NCBI GenBank assembly: GCA_951406725.2
Contig: OX597842.1
Coordinates: 32,302,001 to 32,366,000, forward strand
Reading direction: 5' to 3'
DNA from: Octopus vulgaris
Taxonomy: Eukaryota
DNA: 64,000 nucleotides
In this document: positions 55,247 through 64,000 of the stretch, piece by piece
Layout of the letters: every line of letters begins with the position of its first letter
How positions within the stretch are numbered: position 1 is the stretch's first letter
Translations under genes and position numbers: made by a program
Notes under the pieces: model-generated
Databases searched by the model: none
What the model saw: the letters and a program-made list of their open reading frames with translations, nothing else
What the model was told of the DNA's origin: nothing

Positions 55247-55414
55247 AGGGAGAATTTATGAAGAAGACGAAGACAGGTGGTGTACAAAACAAAACAAACA
55301 GATGTATTAGTATAACGCTCAGGAATAGAAAAAGTCCTTTACGTTTCGAGCCTACGCTCTTCTACAGAAGGGAACACAGAAAAAAAAATGTGTGTAGTGG
55401 CTACCGATCTATCA
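55247..55414 (-). mobile_element. Short Penelope-like repeat with minimal hammerhead variant (55336-55371)
   Basis: Minus strand: CCUU CUGUAGA A GAGC-GUAG-GCUC GAAAC GUA^AAGG. A second family copy lies at 31970-32153 (+). Confidence 0.5.
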
Positions 55415-55735
55415 TGGCGACTCTATATATGTATGTATACATATGTATATATACACAAACACAAATGTTCATAAACACAGATATAGATACACATATGAAT
55501 AAATATATATACACGCACACTAATATATATGTATAGGGAGAGTTTACAGTTTCCGTCTACCAAATCCACTCACAAGGCTTTGGTCGGTCTGAGGATATAG
55601 TAGAAGACAAACATATGTGTGTGTGTTTGCATATATATATAAATATCTGTTACGTGTGTGCCTATATATCTACATAAAGGGACACATATATATATGTGTG
55701 TTTGCAGATATATATCTGTGCGTGTGTGTGTTTGC

Positions 55736-55767
<32 letters not shown>

Positions 55768-56245
55768 ATATATTTGCATATATATATATATGTGTGTTTG
55801 CAGATATATATATGTGCGTGTGTGTGTTTGCATATATATATATGTGCGTGTGTGTGTTTGCATAATATGTGTGTGTGTGTGATATATATATGTGCTGGTG
55901 GCCATCCAGCATGACCACATTCCAGTAAATGAAACTAGTAAAGGGATAATATATATATATATGACCGGCTGTTTGTGTGTTTGCATATACTCACAAGTGT
56001 GTGTGTGGTCTGCATATATAGTAGTGTGTGTGTTTGACACATATGTGTGTGTGTTTGCATATATATATATATATGTGTTTGTGTGTTGTATATATTTGCA
56101 TATATATATATATATATATATGTGTGTTTGCAGATATATATATGTGTGTGTGTGTTTGCATATATATATGTGTGTGTGTGTGTTTGCATATATGTGTGTG
56201 TGTGTGTGTGTTGCATATATATATATGTGTGTGTGTGTGTTTTGC

Positions 56246-56278
<33 letters not shown>

Positions 56279-57399
56279 CACACTAACAGACAGACACACA
56301 GACATATATATATTTCTACATATCTACTTACACACACATGCACATTGATACACACACACACACACACACAGACATATGTACTCACAAACATGAACATAGA
56401 CACATATACATACATACATACATACATACAAATACACATAGCAAGAAAAACATGTACACACACACACACACATCCACACAGTACATATATATATACACAC
56501 ACACACACACATCCACACAGTACATATATATATACACACACACACACACATACACCCTCTGCTGTAAACACCCATCACTCTATTGTCCATCAGTGAATGT
56601 GGCCCTTGGACACACAGACACAAGACCATTAAGAAGCCACTGCCCCTGGACACAGTAATATCTCTTGACTGGCCCCTGGGGGGTACTTAACCAGCATATC
56701 TGTGGAGTACCTACCTGCATGTATATAGAACTTGGTGTTAACTGGGTGTTTATATTATATAAGGGTTAGGGTTCAACAACAAGGATATAGACACTGGCTC
56801 TTGGTGTGTGTATATATTGATATGCGTATATATATATATATATATATATACACGTGTCTGTGTGTGTGTGTGTAAATAAATGTGATTATGTGTGTATATA
56901 TATATATTTGTTGGTATATTGTATATATATGCATATATGTATGTATATGTTTGTATGTATATATGTGTATATATATATGTGTGTATATATATGTTTATAT
57001 ATGCATGTATATATGTATACATATATACATGTGTGTGTATGGTTATATATGCATGTGTGTGTGTGTAAATATGTATATGTGTGTATGTATATGTATGTGA
57101 GTGTGTGTATATGTATGTATGAATATACATGTGTACGTATGATTATATGTATATATATATATGTGATCATGTATGTGTGTATATAGGTGTGTGCATGTGT
57201 GTGTGTGTGTGTATCTTGTTTAGGTCTGTGTTATTAACTTCAAGTGGAGTAGTGTCTAATGTGTAAACACTTGACTTTATACACTCTGGATGTGTGTATA
57301 ATGATTGCCGTGTGTTTACATATCTGTCTCTGTATATCTTTGTGATTATGCATAATATATGCTTGCATGCATATGTATAAACACATACACATATGTATA

Positions 57400-57440
<41 letters not shown>

Positions 57441-57802
57441 CTCTTTATGCATATTCTATCTGCCTATCTATCTATCTATCGACCTCCTTGTCTCTCGATC
57501 CCTCCACCCACCCATATATCTATCCATCTATCTGTCCATCCGTCTGTCCATTCACCCATCTATCTGTCTGTCTGTCCATCTACCTATCTGCCCACCTACC
57601 TATCTATCTCACTGTCTGTCTATCTGTCCATCCAGCCATTCACCCATATATCTATCAATCTACCAATATATCTATGTATATATCTGTCCACCCATCCACC
57701 TACCCATCTATCTATCTGTCTGTCTATCCACCCATCCATCAATCCATCCATCCACCCATCCACCCATCTGCATACACACATACACAAATGTAAGCACTAT
57801 AC

Positions 57803-58976
57803 AGGCGCAGGAGTGGCTGTGTGGTAAGTAGCTTGCTTGCGAACCACATGGTTCCAGGTTCAGTCCCACTGCGTGGCACCTTGGGCAAGTGTCTTCTACT
57901 ATAGCCTCGGGCCGACTAAAGCCTTGTGAGTGAATTTGGTAGACGGAAACTGAGAGAAGCCCATTGTATATATATATAAAGGTGTAGGAGTGGCTGTGTG
58001 GTAAGTAGCTTGCTTACGAACCACATGGTTCCGGGTTCAGTCCCACTGCGTGGCACCTTGGGCAAGTGTCTTCTACTATAGCCTCGGGCCGACCAAAGCC
58101 TTGTGAGTGGATTTGGTAGACGGAAACTGAAAGAAGCCCGTCGTATACATGTATTTATATATGTATGTTTGTCTCCCCAAACAACGCTTGACAACTGCTG
58201 CTGGTGTGTTTACGTCCCCGTCACTTAGCGGTTCAGCAAAAAGAGACTGATAAAATAAGTACTAGGCTTACGAAGAATAAGTGCTGGAGTCGATTTGATC
58301 GACTAAAGGCGGTGCTCCAGCATGGCCACAGTCACATGACTGAAACAAGTAAAAGAGTATATATATCTTTCTCTTTTACTCTTTACTCTTTTACTTGTTT
58401 CAGTCATTTGACTGCGGCCATGCTGGAGCATCGCCTTTAGTCGAGCAAATCGACCCCGGGACTTATTCTTTGTAAGCCCAGTACTTATTCTATCGGTCTC
58501 TTTTTGCCGAACCGCTAAGTGACGGGGACGTAAACACACCAGCATCGGTTGTCAAGCAATGGTGGGGGGACAAACACGGACACACAATCCCCCCCCCCAC
58601 ACACATATATATATATATATATACATACATATATACGATGGGCTTCTTTCAGTTTCCGTCGACCAAATCCACTCACAAGGCTTTGGTCGGCCCAAGGTTA
58701 TAGTAGAAGACACTTGCCCAAGGTGCCACGCAGTGGGACTGAACCCCGAACCATGTGGTTGGTTAGCAAGCTACTTACCACACAGCCACTCCTGTGCCTA
58801 TATAATATATATACGACAGGCTTCTTTCAGTTTCCATCTACCAAATCCACTCACAAGGCATTGGTCGGCCCGGGGCTATAGCAGAAGACACTTGCCCAAG
58901 GTGCCACGCAGTGGGACTGAACCCCGAACCATGTGGTTGTTAAGCAAGCTACTTACCACACAGCCACTCCTGCGCC
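57803..58976. mobile_element. Tail-to-tail inverted pair of double-headed SINE A elements
   Basis: Head, head, body on + (57803-58358), then body, head, head on - (58372-58976), with a spacer of about 15 nt. Confidence 0.9.
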
Positions 58977-59756
58977 TATTATATATATATATATATATAT
59001 TTGAAGTGTGCTGAATATTTAGGGGTGCGTTTCTTGTCCCAACCTCTGCTCCCTACTTGCAGTCAGATTGTGATGGTAGTAGTAGTAGCTGTAGTGGCAC
59101 TAGTAGTAGTGGTGTTGGTTGTTCTTACCAGCACCACCATCGTCATCGTCGTCATCATCACCATAACTATCATCATCATCAGCAATTTCTTCATCTCACA
59201 TCTTCCTCTTCGTTCACCTCCTCTTCATCATCACCACCACCATCGCCCCTACCTTAACAACTAGGATAGCGACCACCACTACTGCTTCCACCACCATGCC
59301 ATCCTACCATGCCTCTCCCCACCACGACCACTCCATCTCATCAAGCCAACCACCACCAGGCATTCCTCCATTCACTTCAATCCACCCTGGCCCACCCATA
59401 TCTATAATCTAACACAACTAATTAAATCAACTTTAATCAACTCTCACATTTCCCTGACATTTTTCTTCTTTTTCTTCCTTGTCTTTTTTTCCTAAACAAT
59501 TAATTAAATTTTAATTGTTTTATATTAGTTTTTATAATTTAAAAAAAAATCTAAATTTTTTTCTTTTTCCATTATTTAAAACAGAAATTTCTGGTTTTTT
59601 CTTCATTTTTTTTGTTATGTAAGGTTGAACCATGGCTGTGTGGTAAGAGGCTTGCTTCCCAACCACATGGTTCTGGGTTCAGTCCCACTGTGTGGCACCT
59701 TGGGCAAGTGTCTTTCTACTATAGCCTTGGGATGACCAAAGCCTCGGGAGTGGATT

Positions 59757-59835
<79 letters not shown>

Positions 59836-60346
59836 TAAATTAGAGATAAAACCACTATTAGGCGAATCAAACAGTGAAAAACATAAACCAAAACATAGAA
59901 ATAAAATTAGTTAATAAAATATACATAATATATAGAATACAAAATTTAAAATTTCAATTATTTAAAATTATTAATTTATTTTTGTAAATTTATATATATA
60001 TATATATATTTATTTAATAATTTTTTAAAATATATATATATATATATGATGTGTGTGTGTGTGTGTGTCTATATATATATATGTGTGTGTGTGTCTATAT
60101 GTGTGTGTGTGTCTATATGTATATATATATATATTTTACTTGTTTCAGTCATGTTGCTTTACCTCGTAACTTTGATATTTTGATGATGTTTTTGCTTATC
60201 TTTAGAATGAGGTTGTAGGGTAGGTGTGAGCGGTTGGATCTGGCTAGTTTGAGCAGAAAAGCAAGTTGAATATTTCGGCCAGTGTGGCCAATTTAAATAC
60301 TTAAGAACTAACATTTTCTCTTTTTTTGTGTTTTCTTTTCCGGCAG

Positions 60347-61260
60347 GCTAAACAATGTACGTAACTCAGGGTGTGAAGCAGTGATCGCTGAACCGTGACG
60401 ACCTTCTATGAAGACTGAATATAGACGATAACAACAACAACAAAATGAAAAATAAATATGAACAAAACTAAACAAGAAAGGAATAAACCAACTACATCAC
60501 CCCCTTTATTCCCCTGAACTTTCTCCGGCTGCAGCTGCAGAGCCTCCGATCCGAATTGTGACATCGTCATAGAGGTGCAACTGCCAGAGAACGGTCACCT
60601 GATTGCCCACCTCCCCCATTCCAACTCCCTACACCCCGCTCACGCGACAAGCTAACGCTGTGTCTGTCTGTTTGACTGTGTGTTCCACTCTTCCTTCTTT
60701 CTACCATCTCTCTCTGTCTCTCTCTGATTTGAACAGGTATCCATCTACCCCGAAATATTTGGCTTTGTTTTGCTGAGGGGCAGCATGAGAAACGAATAAA
60801 GACAAGCTATTACTACTACTGCTACTATTATTACTACTACTACTACTTCTACTACTACTACTCCTACCAGCACCAACAACATCACCATCATTTTCAACAT
60901 TGCCATTACTAGCCGTCAGTTCGACTGGTCTTCAAACAAGCTCCTTGACTTATGCTGTCCACCCATGCCCACCACTTCAACCCGTTCTTTCCACCCCTCC
61001 CTCTTCCCCTCTATCTTTTCACCCCCTCCTTCCTTTTGGTTTGTTTTTTTCCCTAGAGCTCCAACCCTCACTCCGCTTCCCTAATCCATTTTTTCCTCCC
61101 GCTCCGCAAACACATAACCCCCCCCACACATGCCCCCCCCCCGCCTAACCTCCAACTCGGGCCATTCTGCATGTCCCCTTTTTTTTCTCTGCTCCCAAAT
61201 CTGACGAAAAGTGAAAATAAAATAAAATAATAAAATAATAAAATAAATACAAATAAAAAG
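60347..61260 (+). other. ANKS1: Probable terminal exon / 3' UTR of the ANKS1-like gene
   Basis: CTAAC branch point at 60308, a ~30 nt U/C tract and cggcAG at 60346, followed by non-repetitive sequence with several AATAAA hexamers (about 60451, 60482, 60795, 61216). Joining a phase-1 donor gives G|GC TAA. The 3' end is uncertain. Confidence 0.55.
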
Positions 61261-62757
61261 GGAACAAACTCAACCAACTGTGGTGGGCAGCAGCAGAGGA
61301 TCTCTCCCATCGGCTGAGATGTGTTTTGAGGTCTGTCATCAGCCCCTGCTTCCTGGGCCCCCGCCCCCCCGGTCCTTTCTCTTCTCCCTCATTCCCCATG
61401 CTGTGCCGTGCTGTGCCATGCTACGCCCTCCTTACAAACTACCGCCACGACCACCACTACCAAAACTTTGTCTTCGACTCTACTCCCCCCCCCCCTCCCT
61501 TTCTCTGAAACACCTCAACGCATCACAGCATCTAACAAAAATATACATATATGTGTATGGGTACATACATATATATAGATACATATATATGCATATATGT
61601 GTGTGTGTACATGTATATATATATATTTATATATATACATACATTTATTTATACATAGATATATCTATGTGTCCATACATATACATATATACAAACATGT
61701 ATATATACATACATATATATGATATATATATGTGTATGTATATGAATACACACATATATGGATATATACATATATACACACACACATATATAAGTTATAT
61801 ATATATATCGACATAAGATTTTTATGTATATGAATATATACTTGTCTATATATATATGTGAGTGTGTGTATGTTATCTGTATGTATATATACTACATAAT
61901 ACTCTATATCTCTATGTATTTGTGTATGTGTATATACATATATATTGTATATATATATAAAGTACATAAAATTCTTTGTGCATATGTGTACATATGCGTG
62001 TATATTTTTATATACACACATTTTACACACATAAATAATACTTGCTAGTATATATCTATACATGTGTATATATGTATGTATACTTATATCTACAAATATA
62101 TATATATACATACATATATATATATATACATATACACATATATATAACCAAATTTATGTTAATTTGTATGCGTGTATAAACATACTTATATATATATATT
62201 TGTATGTATGTATGCATGTAAGTATGTGTGTATGCATATATATATGAGATTATAAATATTCTGTGTGTTTGTGTATATAATAATATAAAAAAACAATATT
62301 ATTACTGTTAATATATGTATGTGTGTGTATATATATTGAAATAAACATAATACTCTAAACAACGTAATGTGTGTGTATATATATATATATGTATATGTTT
62401 GCATTTTTATATATCATCATCATCTTCATCACCATCATTATTTTTATGGTTGGGGGTCTTTCCGAACACCAAGCTGTTTACACAATGTACTGGGTGTATT
62501 GTTTTTCTTGGCACCAGCATCAGAGGGGTTGTCTTGCCTTCAGCAAAACTTATGAGACTTCTCAAGCTCCTGATTTGAATTTCCAGTTGTAAATAGGTTT
62601 GTACTGGGTACATTTTTTTGTGGTGCTACTCAACAATAAGGACATGGGTTCTGTCCGTCTGTGTGGCACCTTGGGTAAATATTTTAAGTGGTACGAAAAT
62701 CTCAAGAAAGCTGAACAATAGAAGCTCTTTGGAGAAGAACTACCCCTCTCGGACAAG

Positions 62758-62960
62758 TACAGGGTGTCCCTAAAGTCTGGACACATAGGAAAAATGTATA
62801 TTTTAAAGAAATACTCGTAAAATTTTCAATTGAAATATTAACAAGTAATATCTCCAATATGGTTTTGAGGAGATTTGTAAGATTTTCTGTGAACTCAAAG
62901 CAATAATTCCTTGCTGCCGTCCATCTGAGCCTAAAGTCATATTCAATCTACGAAGGTAAA
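62758..62960 (-). mobile_element. Tc1/mariner-like end fragment
   Basis: TA followed by CAGGGTGTCCC is a typical Tc1/mariner TIR start. The minus strand gives [13 protein letters not shown], resembling a transposase C-terminus. The partner TIR is not seen. Confidence 0.4.
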
Positions 62961-63327
62961 ACAATATATTGGAAAAATATAATATATATATACATAATAT
63001 AAATGTATATAAATATGTATGTATGTATATGTATATATGTATATATACATGTATGTATATATGCATGTGTATATGTATATAAATATCTATGTATATATAT
63101 ATGTATGTATATATATATGTATATATATGTATGTATATACTAGAAAAAATATGTATGAAACTAGAAAAAAAAAATGTATGTATATATATGCGTATATATA
63201 TGTATATATATATATGTATATGTATATATAGATATGTATATATATATATATATGTGTGTATATGTATATATGTATTTATATATGTATATTTGTTAATGTA
63301 TATATATATATATGTATATATGAATAT

Positions 63328-64000
63328 ATGCAACATGAGCTGGACACAATATACAGGTGGGCTGAGGACAACAACATGCAGTTTAATGCAGGTAAGTTCC
63401 AGGCCCTGCGCTACTGGCACACAAAGGTAAATGACGTGAAGACTGGATACACTGGCCCAGGAAGAATTGCAATCCCTGAGTCAAAATCAGTGCATGACCT
63501 GGGCATTGACATGAGCAATGATGCATATTGCTAATCTGGTGATAAAATGCAGACGGCTAGCTGGATGGATTCTCCGAACTTTCAGAACAAGAGAGAAGGA
63601 AACACTGATGGTCCTATAGAAAACATTCGTCCTCAGCCGCTTGGACTACTGCTCCCAACTTTGGTCACCACACAATATAAAACTAACAGCAGAACTCGAA
63701 GCAATTCAGAGACGCTACACAAAGAAAATCGTCTCAATGCAAAATATCAGCTACTGGGAAAGACTGAAGGTATTAAACCTCTTCTCCCTGGAGCGGAGGC
63801 GGGAGAGATATGCGGATGATATACATCTGGAAAATCCTGGAGGGTCTTGTCCCAAACTTTGGCATTCAAAGTTACTCCAACCACAGAACGGGGCGCCACT
63901 GCATGGTGCCAAGGATTCCAACATCACCATCAAAATACAGGTCCAGATACTGCAACAGATTGGGTTTCAGAGGACCACAGCTCTTTAACATCCTCCCTAA
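63328..64000 (+). mobile_element. 5'-truncated CR1-group LINE reverse transcriptase C-terminal fragment (frameshifted)
   Basis: QHELDTIYRWAEDNNMQFNAGKF...DLGIDMS and LDYCSQLWSPH...LEAIQRRYTK...SYWERLKVLNLFSLERRRER are typical CR1/L2-group motifs. The fragment runs off the window end. Confidence 0.85.

Overview
Eukaryotic DNA, very rich in microsatellites and SINEs. The repeat landscape is most consistent with an octopus or other coleoid cephalopod (inference). The window holds the 3' end of one + strand gene, an ANKS1A/ANKS1B (Odin/AIDA-1)-like adaptor. Three exons encode the C-terminal part of its PTB domain (20233-20319, 22424-22561, 45086 onward), with a probable terminal exon from 60347. 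The introns (2.1 kb, 22.5 kb, about 15 kb) are filled with (TA)n/(CA)n/trinucleotide tracts, at least four SINE families, non-autonomous Helitrons, and Tc1/mariner, Tx1/L1-like, R4/Dong-like and CR1-like remnants. Almost all ORFs in the supplied track are microsatellite artefacts. Points of interest: (1) several hammerhead ribozyme motifs in Penelope-like remnants, one with a fully intact core at 19760-19845 (-); (2) a 9 x 107 bp tandem array whose minus-strand unit fits much of an HDV-like ribozyme fold; (3) a UAG stop exon with two in-phase donors and an open frame past the stop, lying between long fold-back dsRNA elements (candidate A-to-I stop recoding); (4) mirror-image double-headed SINE palindromes; (5) a SINE sharing its 3' tail with a Tx1-like LINE. 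Repeat boundaries were read by eye and are approximate.
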